Of a DNA stretch of 64,000 nucleotides, positions 1 through 9,115 are shown piece by piece. Source of the stretch: a bacterium UBP6_UBA1177 (GTDB lineage: Bacteria; UBP6; UBA1177); assembly GCA_002310995.1 (NCBI GenBank), contig DBYV01000035.1, positions 7,858-71,857 of the forward strand. The letters run 5' to 3'. The notes below the pieces were generated by a model. The model was not told where the DNA came from. It worked only from the letters and a program-made list of their open reading frames with translations, and did not search any database. The position numbers and the translations under genes are program-made. Position 1 is the stretch's first letter. Each line of letters opens with the position of its first letter.

Positions 1-70
1 CGAATGGATCAAGAAAGGTGCCCAGAGTTCCGATACGGTAGCTTCTCTCGTTAAAAAAGTAAGAAAGTAA
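1..70 (+). CDS. rpsP: 30S ribosomal protein S16, 3' end only (gene starts upstream of window)
   Basis: Frame from nt 2 reads EWIKKGAQSSDTVASLVKKVRK then TAA at 68-70. This is a typical S16 C-terminus, and the conserved KH-protein/rimM neighbours follow. Confidence 0.6.
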   Translation, partial: EWIKKGAQSSDTVASLVKKVRK

Positions 71-96
71 ATTCTTATTCTTTTTAGGAGGATTTT

Positions 97-330
97 ATGA
101 AAGAACTCATTGAACAGATCGCTAAGCGGTTGGTTGATAATCCGGAACAGGTTTCAGTTACAGAAGTTGAAGGCGAAAATTCGATTACTCTTGAACTCAG
201 AGTCGCAAAATCAGATCTTGGTAAAGTTATCGGCAAAGAAGGCAGGATTGCGAAGGCAATGAGAGTTCTTCTCGGCGCGGCAACTTCACACGAGCAGAAA
301 AAGTGCACTCTCGAAATAGTCGAAGATTGA
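97..330 (+). CDS. KH-domain RNA-binding protein (YlqC/UPF0109-like)
   Basis: 77 aa. GKVIGKEGRIAKAMR is a KH GXXG loop. AGGAGG lies just upstream of the ATG. Located between rpsP and rimM. Confidence 0.85.
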   Translation: MKELIEQIAKRLVDNPEQVSVTEVEGENSITLELRVAKSDLGKVIGKEGRIAKAMRVLLGAATSHEQKKCTLEIVED

Positions 331-803
331 ACAACGCTTCCTCTCTAAGAGTCGTAGGAACTTTTTCAAAAGTTCTGAAAAAAGACGGTTCTCTTCTTTT
401 CAGACCTGAATTTAAAGACAGTGATTTTTTATTGGATTTTGATGTTTTATACCATTTTGATTTCAGAACAAAGTGGCACATCGCTTCAATAACAAAGACC
501 GGTAAAGGTTTTATGATCCGTTTCGCCGATGTCAAAACCTTCAGAGAAGCTGAATTTTTCATTGGAGAAAAGTTTGCCCTTCCAGAAGATGAAATATTCG
601 GCAGATCACAAGATCTTATGATCGGAGAAACTGTCTACGACAAATCGGAAAAAGAATTCGGCAAAATAGTTGCTTTCACATCTACTCCGACTTATTCGCT
701 TGCCGAAATAGAAAAAGAAGACTCTTCTTCAGTATTAATCCCGTTTACCGAAAAATTTTTCAAACTCGAAAAAGGAAAGATTGTGCTGATTGCAAAACCT
801 TAG
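303..803 (+). CDS. rimM: 16S rRNA processing protein RimM
   Basis: The C-terminal PRC-barrel-like segment LIGETVYDKSEKEFGKIVAFTSTPTYSLAEIEKEDSSSVLIPFTEKFF and the rpsP-KH-rimM order support the call. The listed ATG overlaps the KH gene by 28 nt; an in-frame TTG at 327 is a more likely start. Confidence 0.7.
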   Translation: MHSRNSRRLNNASSLRVVGTFSKVLKKDGSLLFRPEFKDSDFLLDFDVLYHFDFRTKWHIASITKTGKGFMIRFADVKTFREAEFFIGEKFALPEDEIFGRSQDLMIGETVYDKSEKEFGKIVAFTSTPTYSLAEIEKEDSSSVLIPFTEKFFKLEKGKIVLIAKP

Positions 804-1234
804 TTTGCTTTAAGAAAAGTGACTAAACTTTCGAGAGCAGTTGAATAAGTCGCAGTTCCGAGACCGTAAACGACTTTGACAGCAACATCGCTTAAATACG
901 ATTTACGGCGGAACTCTTCTCTTTCGAAAATATTTGATATGTGAGCTTCAACAAACGGGATTTTAGAGCAAAGAAGCGCATCGCGCAGAAGAACGCTGGT
1001 GTGAGTGTAAGCTCCAGGGTTTATCACGATTCCGTCACATTTTGCATTTACGATGATTTTTGCGAGAGCTCCTTCGCAGTATTCTGAAACCGATTCAGTC
1101 TCAACTCCGAGAACCTTCGCTTTTTCTGAAAAAGCCGAAATCAGTTTTTCGCGTGTTCCCTTTCCTCCGTATATCTCAGGCTCCCTTTCGCCGATTTTGT
1201 CAAGCAGAGGCCCTTCAATAAGCAGAATCTTCAT
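800..1234 (-). CDS. aroQ: type II 3-dehydroquinate dehydratase
   Basis: 144 aa with type II dehydroquinase signatures INPGAYTHTSVLLRDAL and VEAHISNIFEREEFRRKS. Confidence 0.9.
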   Translation of the reverse strand: MKILLIEGPLLDKIGEREPEIYGGKGTREKLISAFSEKAKVLGVETESVSEYCEGALAKIIVNAKCDGIVINPGAYTHTSVLLRDALLCSKIPFVEAHISNIFEREEFRRKSYLSDVAVKVVYGLGTATYSTALESLVTFLKAN

Positions 1235-1446
1235 ATCCCGACCTCGTTCATTTCACGCCATTTTATTTCCGAAAAAATTGAAAGCAACCATGCCGCAGCA
1301 GGCGATTTTTCAGCATTTTCTATCGCAGAAACGATTTTAGCAACCTCGCTTTCGGGCTTTTTTTCGGCATATTCTTTGACCATTTCAGCCGCAACCTCCC
1401 AGTTTTTCTGCCTGAGAGCAATTACAATCATTGTTTCAGTAACCAT
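1231..1446 (-). CDS. small hypothetical protein (71 aa)
   Basis: Fills the hydF-aroQ gap. Its TGA overlaps the aroQ ATG (ATGA), suggesting coupling. No recognisable motif. Confidence 0.35.
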   Translation of the reverse strand: MVTETMIVIALRQKNWEVAAEMVKEYAEKKPESEVAKIVSAIENAEKSPAAAWLLSIFSEIKWREMNEVGI

Positions 1447-1454
1447 TTTTCACC

Positions 1455-2654
1455 TCAGAATCCATCAATGTCAAAAGGTTTCAGCGCGCGCGGAAAAACG
1501 CCGTGCAGATAACTTATGAGAACTCCGAAATTGGTCACAGGAACTCCTTTTTCAGCAGGTATCGCCTGTCTGAGAAGCATTTCGCGCCTGTTCAAAGTGC
1601 AAGCGCCACAGTGAACTATCAGTTTGTAGTCACTCAGGTTTTCTGGGTAATCGCGACCTGCCGAAGTATCAATTATGAGCCCACCGCCCACTTTGTCATT
1701 GAGCCATTTTGGGATTTTGACACGTGCGATGTCGTCATCCTGCGAATGGTGCGAGCAGCTTTCAGCGATAAGAACCTTGTCGCCCGCTTTCAAAGATTCG
1801 ACCGTTTTCACAGCTCTGACCATTTCGGCAAGGTTGCCTTTCTGCCTGATTGAAAGAATAGAAAAAGATGTGAACAGAATATCTTCCGGAACAATCGGCG
1901 CAACCTTTGAAAAAACCTGAGAATCAGTTACAGCCAGAGCAGGTTTCACGCTTAATGAATCAAGCGTTTTCTGCAAATTCTGCGGTTCGCACGAAAGGGC
2001 AATTCCGCCGCCGTCAAGAATATCTCTCCATGCTCTAACCTGCGGCATAATCATTCTTCCTTTCGGCGCGCTTGAATCGATAGGAGTTATCATCAGAACG
2101 ACGTCCCCCGGATTTATGAGATCGCGCAGGAACGGCGGTTCCCACTCGTCCGGCGAAAGTTCCGTTATCTTTCTAGTTATTTTATCAATTCCTTCGTTGT
2201 TTAGAGCACTTACTGAGATATATTCTTTGCCTCCGAGCCATGTTTTAACACTTTCAGAAATCGCAAGTTCAGACTTGTTCAGCACTAGAACAAACGGAAT
2301 TCTTTCCTTCAGGCACTCTGAAATCACGTTATCCTCAAGTTCTCCGGCAACTCCAGATGCATCGACAACAAGAATCACCATGTCGGATTTTTTAAGATAA
2401 CCAATTGATTTTTTTACCCTTTCAAGCCCCAAAGCATTTCCTGTATCGTCAATTCCTGCTGTATCAATAAGCACTGCCGGACCTACCGGAAAAAGCTCAA
2501 TCGCCTTCATAACAGGGTCAGTCGTCGTTCCAGGAACATCCGAAACTATAGCCACATTCTGCCCGGTAAAAGCGTTTATCAGAGAAGACTTTCCGGCATT
2601 TCTTCTGCCGAAAATCGAAATACGAAGCCTGTCGCCAGTCATTACTCTGCTCAT
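1455..2654 (-). CDS. hydF: [FeFe]-hydrogenase maturation GTPase HydF
   Basis: N-terminal GTPase motifs are GRRNAGKSS, GTTTDP, DTAGID and NKSE. The C-terminal cluster-ligand pattern CSHH...HCGAC (CxH...HCxxC) is typical of HydF. Confidence 0.85.
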   Translation of the reverse strand: MSRVMTGDRLRISIFGRRNAGKSSLINAFTGQNVAIVSDVPGTTTDPVMKAIELFPVGPAVLIDTAGIDDTGNALGLERVKKSIGYLKKSDMVILVVDASGVAGELEDNVISECLKERIPFVLVLNKSELAISESVKTWLGGKEYISVSALNNEGIDKITRKITELSPDEWEPPFLRDLINPGDVVLMITPIDSSAPKGRMIMPQVRAWRDILDGGGIALSCEPQNLQKTLDSLSVKPALAVTDSQVFSKVAPIVPEDILFTSFSILSIRQKGNLAEMVRAVKTVESLKAGDKVLIAESCSHHSQDDDIARVKIPKWLNDKVGGGLIIDTSAGRDYPENLSDYKLIVHCGACTLNRREMLLRQAIPAEKGVPVTNFGVLISYLHGVFPRALKPFDIDGF

Positions 2655-2661
2655 GTAACCC

Positions 2662-3291
2662 TCACAAAATATTTTTATAGTCTTTAAAATAAGTAAATTT
2701 TACATTTTCGGCCGAAAGTTTCTCGGCAAGTTCATCGGTCGCGTAGATTTTATCGGCGTATCTTGAACCGCAAAAATCAGTCTCACCGTCACCGAAATAG
2801 ATAGTCTCGAAACCATCGTTTTTGTATTTTTCGACAACAGCGCGCTTGCAGTTGGAACAGTTTTTGGAGCAAAGCGGAGGAAGAGCATTTTGACACGGAA
2901 CCAGTTCCCAGTTTTTATCACCTAAGTATTTGATATCGTTGATATAAGCATCGACTTCGGTATCGCCCATGAAAAGCTCGGCAAAACTCTTGAAACCGCC
3001 GCTTAAAATCACGATTTCGTCACCGTTTTCGCGGACTTTTTTCACAAAATCAAAAAATCCTTCGCGTACCGGCACAATTTTCTTAATAAAATCAAAAAGT
3101 TCATCTTTTCCAGCTTTCATCGAATCTACTTCATCAACCAAGGTTTGATGCCGCTCCTTTCTGCCTGCCCTCATCTCGTTTTCGAGCTCCCGCCAGTCAA
3201 CGATGCAGTACTTGTCGAAAGCGACCACCAGAGTGTCCAAAGCCGTCACCGTTCCGTCAAAATCAAGGATGTAGCACTTTTTTCCGTTCAT
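2662..3291 (-). CDS. HAD-IB phosphatase, MtnX-like
   Basis: Motifs YILDFDGTVT (HAD motif I), ILSGG and GDGETD, plus the Cys cluster CSKNCSNCK as in MtnX-type enzymes. I place the start at the internal ATG 3291, preceded by GGAGGAAAA, rather than at the ORF-track start 3462. Confidence 0.6.
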   Translation of the reverse strand: MNGKKCYILDFDGTVTALDTLVVAFDKYCIVDWRELENEMRAGRKERHQTLVDEVDSMKAGKDELFDFIKKIVPVREGFFDFVKKVRENGDEIVILSGGFKSFAELFMGDTEVDAYINDIKYLGDKNWELVPCQNALPPLCSKNCSNCKRAVVEKYKNDGFETIYFGDGETDFCGSRYADKIYATDELAEKLSAENVKFTYFKDYKNIL

Positions 3292-3385
3292 TTTTCCTCC
3301 AGCAAAAGCGGAGCAATATACCATTTTTTGCAGAAAGCTGTAATTTTTTCGCGTTTTTTTTAGTTCTGTATAAGTAAAAAATCTC

Positions 3386-3413
3386 TTTACAATCAGTAGT
3401 TTTCCAATATAAT
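3386..3413 (+). promoter_or_regulatory. putative sigma-70 promoter for the 3449-9115 operon
   Basis: TTTACA (3386-3391), a 16-nt spacer, then TATAAT (3408-3413), about 36 nt upstream of the TTG start at 3449. Confidence 0.3.
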
Positions 3414-3448
3414 TTCTGGCTTTTTGCTGTTTGATTTGAGGTATTTCC

Positions 3449-5467
3449 TTGTATAACGACAAGATTCACGGACTAGGCTTGCTATTCACATTCATTACTG
3501 TTCTGATTGCAGCAGTTGCAGCTATAATCATCTATTCAGGCGGTGAAACAACAACATTTCAAGGTTTCGCGGAATCAAACGAAACCATAATAAATTCAGA
3601 GACTTCTGTAAGTATCAAGAAAATTTTGGTAATGGAAGGCGATACTGTCTACAAAGGGCAGAAACTCGCCGAACTTGAAAGCCAGGAACTTTCCATCCGC
3701 ATCGCCGAAATCCGCAGCCAGCTGCTCCAGATCGAGACGAAACGCGGAATGAGTGAGAAAGAAATCAAATCGAAAATTTTACAGAATAAAGCGGCGGAAC
3801 GCGCTGTAATAAGCGAACTCAGGGCTCAGATCCAGACTCTTGAGAATCAGCTTAAAATCAACAAAGAGCTTTCGGACGGGCTCAAAAGCGTAAAAATCAA
3901 AAAGTCTGATTCAATCAAAAATCCTATAGAAATCCAGATCGAATCGCTTGAATCGGCAATCGTTGACCGAAGAAAGGAATTCGCCGAAATCCACCGGATG
4001 TACAGTAAAATGCTTGAAAGCGGCGAAACTCCTGAAAATGTCGAGGCCGAAAAATTGAGAGCCGAGCTTGAATCCCTCGAAAAACAGAACGCGAACATGG
4101 CGGTTTACGCGCCTTTCGAAGGAATCGTCGGCAGCGTTTTCATCAAAAACGGAAACGGCGAAAAAGTTTTCTTCAAAGGCGGCGAAAAAATCGCGGCATA
4201 CAGTCCCATTCTTTCGATTGTCAACAAAGAACCTTCTTTCGTAAAAGCTTATGTTCCAGAATCGCAATTCTCGGTCATAGAAATCGGCGATGAAGTTACC
4301 ATATCAAATTCTCAGTCTCCTCAGCATATAACAGGCGTTGTAACAGGACTCGGCGGAAGGATAATTCCGCTTCCGACAAGGCTTTTAAAAAACCCGAATA
4401 TCGCTCTCTGGGGAAGAGAAATTGTTGTCAAAATACCAGAAAACAACGGATTTATCCTCGGTGAAAAAGTCTCGATAACCTATGGCAGCAATGTCTGGGA
4501 CAATCTGGCGAGGGCGTTTTCAATCACACAGTCAAAACTTTCCGCAAAGGAAAGGGATAAAAAAAAACTGAATAAATCACGACAAGACCTCACCCCTGCC
4601 CCTCCAACGTGGCGAGGAGAAGATCGACCTCTACCAGGCACGTCAATACAGTGGGACGGCAAGGTAAAAATCGAGGCATCGGGTGCTGTTTTTGTTCCCG
4701 AAACAGGAAAATTTCTTGTTGTTTCAGATGAAACAGAAAAGAAAACGCCGCTTCTTTTCGAAGTCGGCAAAAACGGCGAAACAAAAACAATCAGCATAAA
4801 CAACTTTAATAAAATCAATGACTTAGAATCAATAGCAAAAGAAAGTAAAAACACTTATCTCATAATGTCCTCTCTCAGTTACTCCAAAAAAGGAAAACTC
4901 AAACCCGAAAGAAGAATTCTTGCGAGAATTACTTTCTCAAACGGTGCTGCACAACTTGAAAAAGCGGTTGATTTTTATGAAATTCTCAAAAATTTTGCTG
5001 AAAAATCTGATTCGGACGCAGCTAAATTCTTGAAAAAAGGCATAGCCGAAAAAACAATCGACATCGAAGGAATGTTTGTCATCGAAAATTCGCTTTTCAT
5101 CGCTTTCAAAAATCCTCTTTTCAATGAAAACGGCATTATTCTTGAAATAACCGGCTACGAAACCATTTTTGCAGAGAAAAAAATTTCGGGAAACCAGCTG
5201 AAAACGATATTTGTCAATCTTCCTCTTGAAAGAAGAATTTCAGATATTTATATGATTTCCCGTGATAAATTCTACTTTACCGCTTCGTGCAACAGCGAAA
5301 AATGCGGTGGATTCTACCGCTTTGAAAACGGGAAAAGCGAACTTATAAAAGAGTTCCCGGAGCTGAAACCGGAAGGAATCGCACTCGATGACGGTGGAAA
5401 TTTCTTCATATTTTTCGACCTCGGTCAACAGGAAAATTCAAAATTTCTGAATCTGGGCAGAATATGA
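3449..5467 (+). CDS. HlyD-family periplasmic adaptor-like protein fused to a C-terminal beta-propeller-like domain
   Basis: TTG start. N-terminal TM helix, a biotinyl/lipoyl-like hairpin (VMEGDTVYKGQKLAELES ... YAPFEGIVGSVF) flanking a long coiled coil, then about 300 aa with repeated hydrophobic-strand/Gly motifs (IDIEGMFV, PEGIALDDGGNFFIFF). Confidence 0.5.
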   Translation: MYNDKIHGLGLLFTFITVLIAAVAAIIIYSGGETTTFQGFAESNETIINSETSVSIKKILVMEGDTVYKGQKLAELESQELSIRIAEIRSQLLQIETKRGMSEKEIKSKILQNKAAERAVISELRAQIQTLENQLKINKELSDGLKSVKIKKSDSIKNPIEIQIESLESAIVDRRKEFAEIHRMYSKMLESGETPENVEAEKLRAELESLEKQNANMAVYAPFEGIVGSVFIKNGNGEKVFFKGGEKIAAYSPILSIVNKEPSFVKAYVPESQFSVIEIGDEVTISNSQSPQHITGVVTGLGGRIIPLPTRLLKNPNIALWGREIVVKIPENNGFILGEKVSITYGSNVWDNLARAFSITQSKLSAKERDKKKLNKSRQDLTPAPPTWRGEDRPLPGTSIQWDGKVKIEASGAVFVPETGKFLVVSDETEKKTPLLFEVGKNGETKTISINNFNKINDLESIAKESKNTYLIMSSLSYSKKGKLKPERRILARITFSNGAAQLEKAVDFYEILKNFAEKSDSDAAKFLKKGIAEKTIDIEGMFVIENSLFIAFKNPLFNENGIILEITGYETIFAEKKISGNQLKTIFVNLPLERRISDIYMISRDKFYFTASCNSEKCGGFYRFENGKSELIKEFPELKPEGIALDDGGNFFIFFDLGQQENSKFLNLGRI

Positions 5468-6699
5468 AAAAGTTTTTCTCTATTTTTTTCATATTTTTCC
5501 TTTTTTCATCTCTTTTTTGCGAAGATCTGACGATTGCTCAGTACATCGAATCGGCACAAAACGATCCTCGCCTTAAATCAAAAAAGGCGATGTCAGATTC
5601 CATCGAAAATTCAAACGACACACCCGGCATAAAAGGGCTTGAATTCCGAAGCGAAACGGGAAACTTCGACATTATGGAGCAGAAATACGCTCTCAGGCTC
5701 TATTTCAAAGGGTTCGGCGAGACAAAATCTTCGCGCGAATTTATAAAAAATATGCAGAACCTTCACAAACTTGAATATGCGTCGGCCCGCTCGGATGTCC
5801 TGTTTGAAAGATACAGCACGATTGTGACTTACATTCAGCACAAAAAAGAGCTAAAAATCATCGATTCGATGCGCGAACTTCTTTACGACAAGCTCGCTGT
5901 CACCACGAAAATGGGCGAAATCACCGGTGAAACGACCGAAATCGACAAAATGGATATCGACGACAAAATAACCGAAATTGAAATGCGTAAGATCGAGCTT
6001 GAATCGACTCTCGAATCGATTGAAACCTTGATAAAAAACGATACCGGAGCGGACAAAATCCCTGTTTTTGAAAGAGAAAAAATTGTTTCGGTCGATGATA
6101 TTGAAAAATTTGCGGAATCCCTGACTGAAATCCATGGCGCATCTAAAGCCGAAAACGACTACCAAACTCTGCGTTCGATAGTCGCACAGAACGAAATCGC
6201 TCTCGAAGAAGCGAAAGAGCGCGACTGGCTGAAATATATATCTCTCGAATACGACACAGACCACCGCAACGACAAGCCGTCACGCGGATTTTCGATAGGT
6301 TTTGCGATTTCGATTCCTGGATTTAAAAATAACCAGTCGTCACTGGTTAAAAAGAAACTGAAATCTTTGGAGCTTGCTTCTGATTTTAACATGCAGAAAC
6401 GCTTCAGGGAAGCAGAGATCATGACTGCTCTTCTGATGCTGAAACGAGAGATAAAACAATATAAAATGCTGTTGAAAAGGAAAGAGGAAGGGGAAAAAAG
6501 CAACATTTTTGCCAAATATTCGTCAATAGAGGGCTTAAACCCGATGATGGTCATCAAACTGAAAGAGAAAATCCTGAAAAAAGATCTGAAACTTGCTGAA
6601 CTGGAACTCAAAATCTACGAGAAATACATCAGTCTCGCATATCTTTTAGGGCTTTACGAAGACGGAAACAGCAACTTTCTCAGTGGGAAAAGTGAATAA
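5464..6699 (+). CDS. TolC-like outer-membrane factor (tentative)
   Basis: Signal peptide. LTIAQYIESAQNDPRLKS resembles the N-terminal motif of OMF/TolC proteins. Two coiled-coil-rich halves. The ATG overlaps the upstream stop (ATGA). Confidence 0.4.
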   Translation: MKKFFSIFFIFFLFSSLFCEDLTIAQYIESAQNDPRLKSKKAMSDSIENSNDTPGIKGLEFRSETGNFDIMEQKYALRLYFKGFGETKSSREFIKNMQNLHKLEYASARSDVLFERYSTIVTYIQHKKELKIIDSMRELLYDKLAVTTKMGEITGETTEIDKMDIDDKITEIEMRKIELESTLESIETLIKNDTGADKIPVFEREKIVSVDDIEKFAESLTEIHGASKAENDYQTLRSIVAQNEIALEEAKERDWLKYISLEYDTDHRNDKPSRGFSIGFAISIPGFKNNQSSLVKKKLKSLELASDFNMQKRFREAEIMTALLMLKREIKQYKMLLKRKEEGEKSNIFAKYSSIEGLNPMMVIKLKEKILKKDLKLAELELKIYEKYISLAYLLGLYEDGNSNFLSGKSE

Positions 6700-7520
6700 T
6701 GGCCGCACACACTCAAACCGAAATTCCTTCAGTTCTCCAGAGGTTTGAGTTCAAATACCACATTCCGCGCTCGATGATTGAACCGATTTCCGACTTCGTT
6801 AAGGCTTACTGCTTTCTCGATAAATACTCAGAAATGTCGCCTACCGGATACTACCGCATAAATAATCTTTACTTTGACTCACCTTTCTACACTTTTCTGA
6901 ACAACAGGCTTGAAAGGAAAGAACGGCGTTTCAACATGAGAATCCGCTCATACGGAGAAAATCCTAAACCGCCATACTTCTGGGAAATCAAGTGCAAACT
7001 GGGTGAAAACAGGCAGAAATTCAGATCTAAAGTGAAATCCGATGAAATCGAACAACTTTTCTATTCGCCACGTGCCTCAGTAGAGCTCGGTTTTTCAGGG
7101 ACCGAGGCTCAAAACATGGATTTTTTCCAGTCACTCGCCCTTTCATACAATGCCGAACCACAGATTATAACACAGTACGACAGAATGGCGTGGATAAGCG
7201 AAACGGACGAATACGCAAGAGTCACTTTCGATGCTAATCTCCAGTGCGCCGAGGAACACAATTTCAACGTTCACCCTGACCCGGCTAAAATGGAAAGTTA
7301 CGATACAACAACAATTTTCAGGCACGATGCCCACTGCATACTCGAACTCAAAGGGCAGGTTTCGCACCTTCCGCTCTGGATGGTCGATCTTGTCAAGACT
7401 TTCGACCTCAAGCGCGCTGCTTTCTCAAAGTTCAGGTACGGCATGCTGCGTGTTTTAAGAAACAATCATCCCGACAATGTCTGGTTCAATGTTTTTGACC
7501 AAGGAGAAATATATGAGTGA
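6699..7520 (+). CDS. VTC-domain (polyphosphate-polymerase / triphosphate-tunnel-like) protein
   Basis: FEFKYHIP..., YRINNLYFDSP and RFNMRIRSYG...WEIKCKLGENRQKFRS are the alternating basic beta-strand pattern of VTC/CYTH-like tunnel domains. The start overlaps the upstream stop (TAATG). Confidence 0.7.
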   Translation: MAAHTQTEIPSVLQRFEFKYHIPRSMIEPISDFVKAYCFLDKYSEMSPTGYYRINNLYFDSPFYTFLNNRLERKERRFNMRIRSYGENPKPPYFWEIKCKLGENRQKFRSKVKSDEIEQLFYSPRASVELGFSGTEAQNMDFFQSLALSYNAEPQIITQYDRMAWISETDEYARVTFDANLQCAEEHNFNVHPDPAKMESYDTTTIFRHDAHCILELKGQVSHLPLWMVDLVKTFDLKRAAFSKFRYGMLRVLRNNHPDNVWFNVFDQGEIYE

Positions 7521-8199
7521 TTTTCTGACAAACAACCTTTCGTCATCCTCGCTTTCGTCGCTTAGCGTGATTTTTTCGGCAACCATGGCTTTCATTCTCT
7601 CGGTTTCAATAGGTCTCACCTACATCAAAACTTTCCGAGGACTTTCATACTCTCGCAACTTCGTTCAGGCGATAATGCTTTGCTCAATAATCACGTCAAT
7701 GGTTATTCATGCGATCGGTGACAGCGTCGCAATCGGAATCGGCACTCTTGGCGCACTTTCCATAATCCGCTTCAGAACAAACCTCAAGGATTCGCGTGAC
7801 ATCGTCTTCATGTTCGCTGCACTTTCGAGCGGAATTGCATGCGGAGTCGGCGCATATTTCATGGCTTTTTTCGGCATTCTCCTTTTCAACATAGCCGCTT
7901 TCGTCCTTTATCTGTCACAGCTCAGCAAAGTCTCATACTTCGATGGAATTTTGCGCTTCAACATCGGCACCAATGAACTTGATATTCAGAAAATGGCTGA
8001 AATTCTTAAAAAGCACTGCAAAGTCTTCGCCCTCATCACTTTAAAGGAAATCGCTGTCGGTGAAAGGCTCGAATATGCTTACCATATCAAAATGAAGCCT
8101 AAATCGACTTCGGAAGAGCTTGTTAACGAGCTTAAAAAAGAGATTCCGGCAATAAACAACGTTTCTCTTCTTCTTCAGGAAACAACAGTAGAACTGTAA
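7513..8199 (+). CDS. DUF4956-family membrane protein
   Basis: Multi-TM N-terminal half with SIIRFRTNLKDSRDIVFMFAALSSGIACGVG, the hallmark stretch of DUF4956. Start taken at ATG 7513 behind AAGGAG (ORF-track start is 7477). Usual partner of bacterial VTC genes. Confidence 0.7.
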   Translation: MSDFLTNNLSSSSLSSLSVIFSATMAFILSVSIGLTYIKTFRGLSYSRNFVQAIMLCSIITSMVIHAIGDSVAIGIGTLGALSIIRFRTNLKDSRDIVFMFAALSSGIACGVGAYFMAFFGILLFNIAAFVLYLSQLSKVSYFDGILRFNIGTNELDIQKMAEILKKHCKVFALITLKEIAVGERLEYAYHIKMKPKSTSEELVNELKKEIPAINNVSLLLQETTVEL

Positions 8200-8203
8200 A
8201 AAG

Positions 8204-9115
8204 ATGAAAAACGAAAAAACTCGGAAAATCATAGAGATTTCACTTTTTGTCTTTTTGTTTCTTGTAATATTTTCAAGAGTTTACCTTGAAACGGCAGTAT
8301 TTGCAAAAAAGCCGTTTTTTTCTTATTTTGTGGCAACGCATCACTGCGCGTGGTTTACTTTCGTCTTCTTTTATTTCGCTCTCTGCGCCCGCTATATTTT
8401 AGGCTTGAAACCCGAAAAAATCCCTTATTTAGCCCTTCTCAGCCCGGTGATATACGTTCCGCTTCTCCATGCGTGGATTACAGGCGCAAACCTTAGACTC
8501 CAGTATATACGCGGCGACTTTTCAAAAGCGCTTCTTGACATTTTAACGCTCTACAAATTCAGCGAAAAAAACAGCCAGTTTTTCTTTGAAATGCTCGCTC
8601 TCCTCGTTATTTTTGCAGTTTTGAGCTACATCGTTTCACGCAGCGTTTTAAGAACAGTTCTTAACATACTTGTCGGTTTCTACGGCAGCATGTTTCTGGC
8701 CGGATTTCAGTTTTTCGGGGTCGCGCCGCGAACAAAAGCATACTTTCCGCTTAATACGGTTTTCAAAAACCACATTCTGCTTTCTTTAGTCTATTTCACA
8801 GCCGTGATTCTGGCATTTTCAATATGCTTTTTTCCTGAAATCAAAACTCTTGTAAAACGCGATTTCAAACCTTTGGGAATGGCTTTGGTTCCAGGAATCT
8901 TAATTCCGCCTACCATGTTCGACTTTTTGGAGAAATCACTGAATAGTGCTGATGCAATACTGCTTGCACTAACCTGTACAACGACTCTCTTTTCTCTGAT
9001 TTTTCTGCAGAAAGAAACAAATCTGCCCGGAGGACGTTTTTTCCCGTTTGTTTTTTCGGCTTTTTCGCTTGTTTTGATATTAGGAATAATATTCAGAGAT
9101 AAAGTTTTTATTTAA
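8204..9115 (+). CDS. polytopic membrane protein, unknown function
   Basis: 303 aa with about 8 hydrophobic helices. Starts 4 nt after the DUF4956 stop. No motif recognised. Confidence 0.4.
   Translation: MKNEKTRKIIEISLFVFLFLVIFSRVYLETAVFAKKPFFSYFVATHHCAWFTFVFFYFALCARYILGLKPEKIPYLALLSPVIYVPLLHAWITGANLRLQYIRGDFSKALLDILTLYKFSEKNSQFFFEMLALLVIFAVLSYIVSRSVLRTVLNILVGFYGSMFLAGFQFFGVAPRTKAYFPLNTVFKNHILLSLVYFTAVILAFSICFFPEIKTLVKRDFKPLGMALVPGILIPPTMFDFLEKSLNSADAILLALTCTTTLFSLIFLQKETNLPGGRFFPFVFSAFSLVLILGIIFRDKVFI

Noticed and set aside
3292-3462. N-terminal 57-aa extension of the HAD phosphatase ORF
   Set aside because: The extension lacks an RBS, is Lys/Phe-rich, and overlaps the divergent promoter and the HlyD-like start. 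The internal ATG 3291 has GGAGGAAAA and places the DxDGT motif at the normal distance from the N-terminus.
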